DNA of 26,326 bases from Candidatus Auribacterota bacterium (GTDB taxonomy: Bacteria > Auribacterota > UBA6266). Shown piece after piece: positions 8,346 through 16,338 of this stretch. The translations under genes were made by a program, and so were the position numbers. The stretch's first letter is position 1; every line of letters starts with the position of its first letter. The stretch is from assembly GCA_023136205.1 (NCBI GenBank), contig JAGLRQ010000009.1, positions 1 through 26,326 on the forward strand, in the 5' to 3' direction. The notes under the pieces were generated by a model. The model ran no database searches and had not been told where the DNA came from. It worked only from the letters and a program-made list of their open reading frames with translations.

Positions 8346-9844
8346 TCGCAGATTTTCTCAATTTTCTTTCTTAAATCTTCGTTATCGGGATTAAATTTCA
8401 ACGACCGTTCCCATTGTTTTTTCGCCTGCTTTTTTAATCCTCTCTCATAGTAAACATCTCCAAGGTGCTCTATTATCAGGGGATCATCCTTAACAATGCT
8501 AACCGCGCGTTTTAAAGCACGCGTCGCCTTTAAAAGTTTCCCCTGTTTAAAATACGCCCATCCCAGGCTGTCAATAAAAGCGCCGTTGGCAGGCTCTTTC
8601 TCCAAAGCTTCTTTTATCAGACCAACTGCCTCGTCTAAATTCTCACCTTTTTCGGCAAACAAATACCCAAGATAATTACATGCATTTGCGTTCCCCGGAT
8701 CGTTTTCTATAACCGACCTGAAAGCCTCAACCGATTTCTCATATTCTCCCACCCTTTCATAAGCAGCTCCAAGGTGATAGAGGATACCATCTTCATTTCC
8801 TCCAAGATCCAGCGCGCGTTTATATGCAGCTATAGCCTCCGTATTGTTGTTCATTTGGAAGTAAATTATGCCAAGGAGAAAAAACAATCTCGGAACTTCA
8901 AAATTTTTCTGCCGGCCTTCTTGAATAATTTCAAGAGCTTTCTCCAGTTTATTATTCCGAAGGTAAATTGTTCCAAGAACAATATAGTTTTCCAGGTTAT
9001 CACTGTCAAGATAGATAAGTCTTTTATAATACTTTTCCGCGTTTTCAAAATTACCAATTTTTACGGACAATTCAGCAAGCTTCGCGTAAATACTTATATC
9101 GGAAGGCATCAATTCCGCGGATTTTTCATAAAACTTAAAAGCTTCCTCAAACCTTCCATCAAGCTCCAGCTCAACGGCAAGCATAAGTTCCGACTGCAGC
9201 CAATCAGGATTAAGCTCAACAGCTTTCGAAAGATATTCTATAGCTTTCTTCCTTTCCTTTCGCTCAGCGTAAAGTAATCCTGCCTTAAACCACAGCCCTT
9301 CATCATCAGGGTAGAAACGAAGCGCTTTCTTATAAATTTCTATCGCTTCATCTATTTTTCCCTGCTTAACATAAATCGACCCAAGGCCGGTATACCCGGC
9401 AAGATTCTCCGGGGCATAGCTTATACCCTTTTTATAACTCGTCTCCGCTTCCTTTAACTTGCCGCGCAAATCATAAACCATAGCCAAAAGAAAATGTGCT
9501 AAATATTTGTCAGGGAAAATCCTGGTAGCGGTAACAAAACTTTTTTCCGCTTCATCGAATTTTTGGAGACGAAATTGCGTATTGCCAAGGCGATATAATA
9601 TATTTATATTGGCCGGTTCAGCTTTGTAGGCCTCAGAATATTGTTCTAAAGCTTTTTCTAACTCTCCATTTAGTTCGTAAATTACTCCCGCCATATAATG
9701 CGCTACCGAACGAGTAGAAATAAGTTCCGCGATTTTGTGTTCCTCTTCCGGCAAAATTTTTGATATTTTTTGAGCCGAAAAGCAACAAAGAGAACCCAGA
9801 GTTAATGTCAGGATAAAAACACAACTTTTCAAGAATGATTTCAA
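8342..9844 (-). CDS. Secreted tetratricopeptide-repeat (TPR) protein
   Basis: The 500-aa ORF has a hydrophobic N-terminal signal-like segment (FILTLTLGSLCCFSAQ). It is followed by many about-34-aa repeats with A..Y..AL...P spacing. It starts at TTG with GGGAG upstream. Confidence 0.8.
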   Translation of the reverse strand: MKSFLKSCVFILTLTLGSLCCFSAQKISKILPEEEHKIAELISTRSVAHYMAGVIYELNGELEKALEQYSEAYKAEPANINILYRLGNTQFRLQKFDEAEKSFVTATRIFPDKYLAHFLLAMVYDLRGKLKEAETSYKKGISYAPENLAGYTGLGSIYVKQGKIDEAIEIYKKALRFYPDDEGLWFKAGLLYAERKERKKAIEYLSKAVELNPDWLQSELMLAVELELDGRFEEAFKFYEKSAELMPSDISIYAKLAELSVKIGNFENAEKYYKRLIYLDSDNLENYIVLGTIYLRNNKLEKALEIIQEGRQKNFEVPRLFFLLGIIYFQMNNNTEAIAAYKRALDLGGNEDGILYHLGAAYERVGEYEKSVEAFRSVIENDPGNANACNYLGYLFAEKGENLDEAVGLIKEALEKEPANGAFIDSLGWAYFKQGKLLKATRALKRAVSIVKDDPLIIEHLGDVYYERGLKKQAKKQWERSLKFNPDNEDLRKKIEKICD

Positions 9845-9860
9845 ATCACATCACTCCCTA

Positions 9861-9950
9861 TTATTTTTTCTTATGACGATTAGCGCGGCTTCTTTTTTTA
9901 CGCTTGTGCTTATTAATTTTCGATTTTCTATGCTTTCTTCCGCAAGGCAT
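9861..9950 (-). CDS. 29-aa highly basic mini-protein (MPCGRKHRKSKINKHKRKKRSRANRHKKK), a possible bS22 / AURKAIP1-COX24-type small ribosomal protein
   Basis: It is not in the ORF track because it is too short. The ATG at 9950..9948 is preceded by GGAGGAAGCAGG, and the TAA stop is at 9863..9861. It fills the hisG-TPR intergenic gap in the same orientation. The KHKRKKR..R..RHK pattern resembles bS22-type peptides as I recall them. Confidence 0.55.
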   Translation of the reverse strand: MPCGRKHRKSKINKHKRKKRSRANRHKKK

Positions 9951-10010
9951 CCTGCTTCCTCCTTTTAAGTTAATCCCGAGAAAAACAACCTTTTTATTTT
10001 TCTCTACTTT

Positions 10011-10886
10011 TCAGTCTATAACTTTGTTCAATGGATATTCAATTATCCCCACAGCACCGGCTTTTTTAAGCTCAGGAATCATGTCCCTCACAATACTTTC
10101 ATCCATAACAACTTCCAAAGCAAGCCATCCCTTTTTATTGAGATGTGATACTGTCGGAGATGTCAGAGAAGGCAGAGTTTTTATAACCTTGCTTAAACTT
10201 TTCTCAAAAACATTCATTTTTACTCCGACTTTCCCTACAGCTTTCAGAGCTCCTTCAAGAAGCATGGCAAGCTTCTCAATTTTCACTCTTTTCCAGGAAT
10301 TTTCCCAGGCTTTTTTGTTCGCGATAAATCTGGTAGTTGATTCTAACACAGTATCAACTATCCTTAAATTGTTTGCTTTCAATGACGAACCTGTTTCTGT
10401 AAGTTCTATTATAGCGTCCACAAGTTCAGGAGCTTTTATCTCCGTCGCCCCCCAGGAAAATTCTACTTCAGCCTTTACTTTATTTTTTTTTAAATATTTT
10501 TTTGCCAAATTAACCGCTTCGGTAGCTATCCTCTTCCCATTAAGATCCTTGACAGACCTTATTTTTGAATTAACCGGCACCGCAAGCACCCACCGAACAG
10601 GCCTCATTCCCTGCTTTGCATATACAAGGTCCGATACTTCTACAACCTTTGCTCCGCACTCTTCAACCCAGTCTTTCCCTGTTATGCCCGCGTCAATAAC
10701 CCCCTGCTCCACATATCTTGCCATCTCCTGAGCTCTTATTAGTAAAGGGGAAATTTCTAAATCGTCTATAGAAGGTTTATAAGATCGATCCCCTACGCTT
10801 ACCGAATACCCCGCTTTTCTGAGCATATCAAAAGTAGACTCCTGGAGACTCCCTTTCGGCAACCCTAACTTTAACTTTCTATCCAT
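10011..10886 (-). CDS. hisG: ATP phosphoribosyltransferase (long form with a C-terminal regulatory domain)
   Basis: The sequence [27 protein letters not shown]... with [11 protein letters not shown] and [17 protein letters not shown] is typical of HisG. I prefer the internal ATG (MDRK) over the ORF-track start at 10940. Confidence 0.88.
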   Translation of the reverse strand: MDRKLKLGLPKGSLQESTFDMLRKAGYSVSVGDRSYKPSIDDLEISPLLIRAQEMARYVEQGVIDAGITGKDWVEECGAKVVEVSDLVYAKQGMRPVRWVLAVPVNSKIRSVKDLNGKRIATEAVNLAKKYLKKNKVKAEVEFSWGATEIKAPELVDAIIELTETGSSLKANNLRIVDTVLESTTRFIANKKAWENSWKRVKIEKLAMLLEGALKAVGKVGVKMNVFEKSLSKVIKTLPSLTSPTVSHLNKKGWLALEVVMDESIVRDMIPELKKAGAVGIIEYPLNKVID

Positions 10887-11122
10887 ATTATTATACCCCC
10901 GGATTAAAACCCAAATATCTTTACCTTTATTATAATACATATTATGCTTATATTAAAGGCCATATACCATATACACATAAGAAGGGCAATTTTAACGCTT
11001 AGAACCCCTTTTTGCAAGGTTAACTTAATTATTCGCAAAAGAGTCAGAAATATACTCATTTTTAATAAAAAAAGCAAATACTATTTATTTTAATCGGATA
11101 ATCCTATAGAATAGTAAACATA

Positions 11123-11542
11123 ATGAGCGTAAAAACTTCTTATATCAATATTTCTACAAAAGGACATGGAGATATTATAGATATCTCTAAAAGTGTTGGG
11201 ATAGAGGTCCAAAAAAGTAACCTTACCTCGGGAATAGTGTGTATTTTCGTTTCCGGCTCTACCGCGGCGCTTACAACTGTCGAATATGAACCGGGCCTGG
11301 TAAAAGACATAAAATCGCTTTTTGACAGGATAGCACCTGAAAATATACCCTATCATCACGAAGAAACATGGCATGACGGCAACGGACACTCACATGCAAG
11401 AGCAACTCTGCTGGGCCCGTCTCTTACAATTCCTTTCGACAAAGCAACTCTTTTGCTGGGCACATGGCAGCAGATAATCCTCGTGGATTTCGATAACCGC
11501 ACAAGAGACAGAACAATTGTAGTTCAGATAATTGGAGAATAA
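11123..11542 (+). CDS. yjbQ: YjbQ/UPF0047 family protein (secondary thiamine-phosphate synthase-like)
   Basis: The 139-aa ORF carries ...ITSGIVCIFVSGSTAALTT.EYEPG...HDGNGHSHARATLLGPSLTIPF...GTWQQIILVDFD, the family signature. Confidence 0.8.
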   Translation: MSVKTSYINISTKGHGDIIDISKSVGIEVQKSNLTSGIVCIFVSGSTAALTTVEYEPGLVKDIKSLFDRIAPENIPYHHEETWHDGNGHSHARATLLGPSLTIPFDKATLLLGTWQQIILVDFDNRTRDRTIVVQIIGE

Positions 11543-11572
11543 AAAAAAATATTAAAGATACGGAGGAATTTC

Positions 11573-12565
11573 ATGCCCGGGAAAAAGATAAAAAAGCTTA
11601 AAAAAATTGCAGTTTTGACAAGCGGAGGGGACAGCCCGGGAATGAATCCCGCGATAAGGGCAGTCGTCAGGACAGCTATTTACCACAAGATAGAAGTTAT
11701 CGGAGTCAAATGGGGATATGACGGGCTGATAAAAAATATTACCACCCCTCTTATCAGCAGATCTGTGGGAGGAATTATTAACAGGGGCGGAACTATTTTA
11801 TACTCCGCCAGAAGTAAAGGGTTTAAAACAAAAGCCGGCAGAAAAAAAGCTTTTAACACTCTAAAGAAACACCGGGTTAACGGCCTCATTGTTATAGGCG
11901 GAGACGGCAGTTACAGAGGTGCTCATGAGCTTCATCAAGAAACTGATTTTCCGGTAATCGGAGTCCCGGGAACAATTGATAATGACATTGCCGGAACAGA
12001 TTATACCATTGGTTTTTACACAGCCATTGATACCGCAATAGAAGCAATAGACAAAATAAGGGACACAGCAGTTTCACATAATAGGCTTTTTCTCATCGAA
12101 GTCATGGGGCGGCACGCGGGATTTATCGCCCTTGCAAGCGCTATCGCGGGGGGCGCGGAAGATGCCCTCCTTCCGGAAACACCCACAAACATAACAAAAA
12201 TAATTAAACAACTGCAGAACTACAAAAAAAGAGGCAAAGTTAGTTCAATTATAATCGTGGCAGAAGGGGACGATGCGGGAAATGCCCTCGAAGTAGCGGA
12301 AAAAATAAGAAAAAAAGCAGGGTATGAAACCAGGGTATCTGTTATCGGATATCAGCAAAGAGGCGGGATACCATCCGCCCTGGACAGGATACTGGCAACT
12401 AGACTCGGCAGCGCCGCGGTAGAAGAACTCATCAACGGAACCAAATGCGCTATGGTGGGAATACAAACAAATGAAGTGATTACCAATCCCCTTGAAATAG
12501 CCTGGGAGAAGAAAAAGCCAATTGATAAATCATTGCTGAAGCTGGTTGAAGTTATGTCCTGCTAA
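11573..12565 (+). CDS. pfkA: ATP-dependent 6-phosphofructokinase
   Basis: The 330-aa ORF has IAVLTSGGDSPGMNPAIRAVVR, GGDGSYRGA, GVPGTIDNDI and MGRHAGFIAL. GGAGG lies upstream of the ATG. Confidence 0.95.
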   Translation: MPGKKIKKLKKIAVLTSGGDSPGMNPAIRAVVRTAIYHKIEVIGVKWGYDGLIKNITTPLISRSVGGIINRGGTILYSARSKGFKTKAGRKKAFNTLKKHRVNGLIVIGGDGSYRGAHELHQETDFPVIGVPGTIDNDIAGTDYTIGFYTAIDTAIEAIDKIRDTAVSHNRLFLIEVMGRHAGFIALASAIAGGAEDALLPETPTNITKIIKQLQNYKKRGKVSSIIIVAEGDDAGNALEVAEKIRKKAGYETRVSVIGYQQRGGIPSALDRILATRLGSAAVEELINGTKCAMVGIQTNEVITNPLEIAWEKKKPIDKSLLKLVEVMSC

Positions 12566-12674
12566 AAACTGTATATAGAGAATCGTATAGGTATAGGGAC
12601 AGAACACTTAGTTATCTTGTTTAAAATCGGTTAATTCCTGCCAATTTTTTAAAATACCTTTTACATATACGTTT

Positions 12675-13892
12675 TTATTTTGTCGGATCAGCAATTCTTC
12701 CAATAAACAGAATGCTTCCTGTTTGATTTTCACGTATTAAGAATACAAAAGGATGATCTGCTTGAAACAATAAAATTTTGCTAATACATTCTATCATAGC
12801 AACCGCCGTTGCGGCAGCAGCTTCTGTTCCTTCCTCATTGACATCCACAAAAGCTTTGTGAATAACGTTACTTATAAAAAAATCTCTTTTGCCGATCATC
12901 CCGGAAAAATCAGCCGGTGGAAGAGAAAAAGCGCTTGGCATACCCATTTTAGCAAGAACATCTGCTAATTCAAACTCGCATGTGATTTTAAATTTGGGTA
13001 AACTTACCAATATTTCTGATTCGTAAGAATTCAAGAGTTCACCCATCCACTCTTTTACATTATCATTTGTTAAGCTTCTTTCAAGATCTGCTAAACCATC
13101 AACTTTTTCAGGCAGAAAAATAATCATAGATAAATCATTGCCTTCATAGGGTAATTCTATAGCTCTAAAGTCGTTGAAATCTCGAAATTTAAAGTATGAT
13201 TTTTTGTTCATCATGGAAACTTTTATTCTTTTATCAGGGGAAACATAAAAATCAGATTCCATGGTTCTTTTTTTATCGAATTGACTCAACCAGTTTCCCT
13301 TGAAATAGATTGCATTGCAGAGAACCAATCTTGTAAGTAGATCGATCGTGCCCGGCTTGATTAATTCTTTAATTTTCTGTTGTGTTTCGCTTTCTACCCA
13401 TGTATTGATGGTTATTCTCGCGGCTTCGGTTTCTTTTTCAAAGTCAACAAAATTTAAACCGGCGCCATAATACTTTTTAGTTATATCAAAAAAAGTGTCC
13501 AGAAAGTGATAACCCTCTTGCGCCCACAATGAATTAGCTATGCTGAGTCTGATATAACCTTTATTTTGGATAGCATTTAATTTTGACTGGAGATTGGAAA
13601 ATGACGCGTGCAGCGGCCCCTGGCTTAAAGAAAAATGCAAAACTTCTGCTATTTCTTTTTCAGTTCGGCCTTTCGCGCCGGCATAAGTCATTGCAAGTGC
13701 TGTGGAGATACTGTAGGGTGAGAAAAATAAATTTCCTTTTTCCCCTTTGAGTTCTTGATATAAATCAAAACCAAAATTGCTGTTACCTTTGACTACTGTT
13801 TGTAGGTCACCATTTGTATCCGCAAAAGAAAGAGAGGCCATTGAGAAGATAAATACCACAATAACCAGAATAAGCGTAAATTTAATTTTCAT
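12675..13892 (-). CDS. Secreted serpin (serine protease inhibitor family, inhibitory-type hinge)
   Basis: The 405-aa ORF has an N-terminal signal sequence and FSPYSISTALAMTYAGAKG. The reactive-centre-loop hinge is EEGTEAAAATAV, followed by FQADHPFVFLI. AAGGAG lies upstream of the ATG. Confidence 0.9.
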   Translation of the reverse strand: MKIKFTLILVIVVFIFSMASLSFADTNGDLQTVVKGNSNFGFDLYQELKGEKGNLFFSPYSISTALAMTYAGAKGRTEKEIAEVLHFSLSQGPLHASFSNLQSKLNAIQNKGYIRLSIANSLWAQEGYHFLDTFFDITKKYYGAGLNFVDFEKETEAARITINTWVESETQQKIKELIKPGTIDLLTRLVLCNAIYFKGNWLSQFDKKRTMESDFYVSPDKRIKVSMMNKKSYFKFRDFNDFRAIELPYEGNDLSMIIFLPEKVDGLADLERSLTNDNVKEWMGELLNSYESEILVSLPKFKITCEFELADVLAKMGMPSAFSLPPADFSGMIGKRDFFISNVIHKAFVDVNEEGTEAAAATAVAMIECISKILLFQADHPFVFLIRENQTGSILFIGRIADPTK

Positions 13893-13982
13893 TTTTTCTC
13901 CTTTTTTATACGTATAATATTTAAGCTTAGCCGCAAAAATCCGCGGGTTTCTGTCGGCTGGAGCACCTGGCTATACTCAACT

Positions 13983-14327
13983 TTAATTACTTATAAACAC
14001 AGTCTTTTTTGTTGGCCTGGGTGCTTTTACTATTATAAACTTTAATGGATCACTGCTTTCATTATACCAGCAATGTACGATGTTTTTCGGACTTTCAATA
14101 AGTGTGTCTTTCGCGACTTTCATCTTCTCGTCACCAATTTCCACTACCCCTGTCCCCTCGATCACGTAAAATGCTACATTAACAGGAGTAATATGGCGCT
14201 TCAATGATTGCCCGGGTTCCAATGTAATAACTGTAATCATAGCTTCTTCCGTATTGTAAAGATTACGGGCATCGACACCATGAGTATTGTTCATAACTTC
14301 GACTTCAGATAGTTTTTTGGTAATCAT
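13983..14327 (-). CDS. Small single-domain cupin-fold protein
   Basis: The 114-aa ORF has a beta-barrel-like pattern (ITLEPGQSLKRHITPVNVAFYVIEGTGVVEIGDEKMKV.KDTLIESPKNIVHCWYN). The metal-binding His/Glu motif is only partly present. Confidence 0.7.
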   Translation of the reverse strand: MITKKLSEVEVMNNTHGVDARNLYNTEEAMITVITLEPGQSLKRHITPVNVAFYVIEGTGVVEIGDEKMKVAKDTLIESPKNIVHCWYNESSDPLKFIIVKAPRPTKKTVFISN

Positions 14328-14455
14328 AGTTATCCTTCTTTTTTTTCAGCATAACTTAAAGCTAACCCGCGCGTGTACTACAATATAATCGCGAAAGCGC
14401 CACAGGCGTTATAACGCGTCGGGTTAAGTGGATTGTTATGTGTTTTTGCTTAATA

Positions 14456-14776
14456 TTAATTTACTTTAGTTTTATCCTCTTGACTATAATATTCATCATT
14501 TACTTTCTTAGACCACAAAGTAAATTTTGCGATAACAATTGAACATATGATTAATAAAATAGCCATTTCCCAATTTATAAAAAAGCAAATAAGTGCACCT
14601 ATCAACAAGTATCCAATTATTACTTTTAACAAATGATATGGTCCAAGTGGAATAACATGGAGTATTGTGCTTAAGATAAATAATCCTGCTGATATTTTGT
14701 AATTAATAAAAAGAAAAATCAATGATGATATTAAAATAAAATATTTAATTGTATTGAGTGTCTTCATTAGAATCAC
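14456..14776 (-). CDS. Hypothetical small integral membrane protein (3-4 predicted TM helices)
   Basis: The 106-aa ORF is very hydrophobic (FILISSLIFLFI, LFILSTILHVIPL, VIIGYLLIGALICFFI, ILLIICSIVIA). It is AT-rich and co-oriented with the island genes. The start is uncertain (GTG at 14776 or ATG at 14767) and there is no clear RBS. AT-rich DNA can produce such ORFs by chance. Confidence 0.45.
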   Translation of the reverse strand: MILMKTLNTIKYFILISSLIFLFINYKISAGLFILSTILHVIPLGPYHLLKVIIGYLLIGALICFFINWEMAILLIICSIVIAKFTLWSKKVNDEYYSQEDKTKVN

Positions 14777-14853
14777 CGGTTACGCAATCAAAAACCTCTT
14801 TCATCTTTTTTACTCATAATGTTTTCAACTTAAATTGATTTTTATGAGTTTTG

Positions 14854-15750
14854 TTATATTTGATTTTTCTTTTTTAATAACTTTTTTGTAGTCATATGAT
14901 TATAAGCAAAAGTACAAGGATTATTTTTCAAATATTCCTTATCAACATAAATTGGGAAACCTTTTCCTTTTTTACGAACTAACCACATCTCTTTATTTAA
15001 ACTTAATTCGTTTTTGATATAGTATCTAGCAATTAACTCTATTGCATATACACTTAAGCTCATTCTAATGTTATCTTCTCGAGTATCTATTTCTATTTTT
15101 GTTTTTCCCGGCCTTCTATTTATATGAGCGATTGCGTTACGACAATCATCGTAAAAATAATTTCCTAAATCTTTCTGATTTAATGGCAACCTTTTTAAAT
15201 CTGATTCTGAGATTGCAAATCTTATTTTACCATTTTTGTTTATTTTATTAATCCAACCAATTGGATTTTTACCCCCTACTTCAAGAACTTGCCAAAAAAA
15301 TAAAAACGACAGGTAATCATTGTTTGAACTTAATGCTTGTCTATATAGAGTCAAAGCAGTTCTTTGCCCTTCATTTTCAATCTTGGGCATTCTAGAAATA
15401 TTGTTTCCTGACGCTGATCCCAAATATGGTATTTTAGGTAAATCAAACATATTACATTTTGCATTTCTTAAACATATATTATCTTTAGCGCTACTTCCTC
15501 CAATTTCTGAAACAGTAGCCATGGCAAAATTTTCCCAGCTTAATGCACTGATAAATTCGGAAGCAATATTATATGCTCTATTTTTTAGTTTTTTATCATG
15601 GTAGCTGGGTATAATTGTAATTAGAACATCACACCATTTCCGTGGATTGTTCTGGATAAGTTTGTATTGAATTCCTTTGTACTCAAAATAATAAACATTT
15701 TTATAAAGTCTAGCACTATTATCAAACCCAATATGCATTAAATATGACAT
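14854..15750 (-). CDS. Hypothetical protein with a HEPN-like Rx4H motif (RNAIAH), a candidate RNase effector
   Basis: The 298-aa ORF carries R204-N-A-I-A-H209, encoded at 15141..15124 and verified as CGT AAC GCA ATC GCT CAT on the minus strand. A helix-like segment TALTLYRQALSSNNDYLSFLFFWQVLE precedes it. I recognised no other family. Confidence 0.6.
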   Translation of the reverse strand: MSYLMHIGFDNSARLYKNVYYFEYKGIQYKLIQNNPRKWCDVLITIIPSYHDKKLKNRAYNIASEFISALSWENFAMATVSEIGGSSAKDNICLRNAKCNMFDLPKIPYLGSASGNNISRMPKIENEGQRTALTLYRQALSSNNDYLSFLFFWQVLEVGGKNPIGWINKINKNGKIRFAISESDLKRLPLNQKDLGNYFYDDCRNAIAHINRRPGKTKIEIDTREDNIRMSLSVYAIELIARYYIKNELSLNKEMWLVRKKGKGFPIYVDKEYLKNNPCTFAYNHMTTKKLLKKKNQI

Positions 15751-15791
15751 CTTTTTTTGTTTACATAACTATTATTATGTGTTTTGTTATT

Positions 15792-16337
15792 TTACAAAAA
15801 CCAATATCTAAAATAATTTCTTAAATAAAGTCGACAAACTGCAGTATTTTGACTGGCCACACGGGGTCTATTTTTCATTTCTTTTAAATCATCGAAATAA
15901 TCTTGGCAACCAAAATAATAATTAAGCTTATATTTTACATCCTCACCTTGATCTAATATTTTTTCAAAGTCTTCTTTATTCTTTAAAACCTCAATTTTTT
16001 TGAGGTTAGTATAAAAATTTGTGATTTGGCGATCAACAATTTTTTTATTAGTCTTAACTCCCTTGTCGTACGTTGATAATATTAACTTGTATTTTGAATA
16101 ATCAATATTTTGGGATTTATTTTCTTGAGTAATAATTAGATGTAATTCAGATAAGTTTGACAAAATCTCAGGATATATATCATCAGCCAAAGAACAAACG
16201 CCACAATACCGATTGAAATCCCAAACTAGACAAATGACGAATAAAATTACTATGTATTTTAAAATCGATTTTTTAGAAAGGTGCTTCTTTAGCCAATCTT
16301 TAGCCTCTATCTCTTCCCTTAGTCGTTTAAAACTCAT
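15792..16337 (-). CDS. Hypothetical single-pass membrane protein
   Basis: I start it at the ATG at 16337 (MSFKRLREEIE...), which lies 1 nt after the TGA of the upstream gene (AAATGAAATGAGT). It has one TM helix (ILKYIVILFVICLVW) and about 130 aa of soluble C-terminus. It is extremely AT-rich (12 of 60 G+C in line 15961). The ORF-track start at 16445 would overlap the upstream gene by 107 nt. Confidence 0.55.
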   Translation of the reverse strand: MSFKRLREEIEAKDWLKKHLSKKSILKYIVILFVICLVWDFNRYCGVCSLADDIYPEILSNLSELHLIITQENKSQNIDYSKYKLILSTYDKGVKTNKKIVDRQITNFYTNLKKIEVLKNKEDFEKILDQGEDVKYKLNYYFGCQDYFDDLKEMKNRPRVASQNTAVCRLYLRNYFRYWFL

Positions 16338-16338
16338 T

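Noticed and set aside
8774-9277. 167-aa plus-strand ORF and the 8866..9057 and 9633..9824 minus-strand nested ORFs inside the TPR gene
   Set aside because: They are shadow or nested frames of a repeat-rich gene. The TPR frame is continuous for 500 aa and has a coherent repeat structure.
9904-10731. 275-aa plus-strand ORF antisense to hisG
   Set aside because: It has no recognisable domain and a Ser/Thr/Phe-rich composition. It overlaps a confidently identified HisG coding sequence on the other strand, and its 5' end also overlaps the mini-ORF at 9861..9950.
11090-11389. 99-aa minus-strand ORF overlapping the yjbQ start
   Set aside because: It overlaps the conserved YjbQ coding frame, has no RBS and encodes an implausible sequence. 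The region upstream of 11123 is better read as the divergent hisG/yjbQ promoter region.
14812-14849. ACTCATAA...TTATGAGT 8-bp inverted repeat between the HEPN-like gene and the small membrane ORF, considered as a terminator
   Set aside because: The loop is 22 nt, the stem is AT-rich, and A residues rather than U residues follow it on the coding (minus) strand. It is not a convincing intrinsic terminator.
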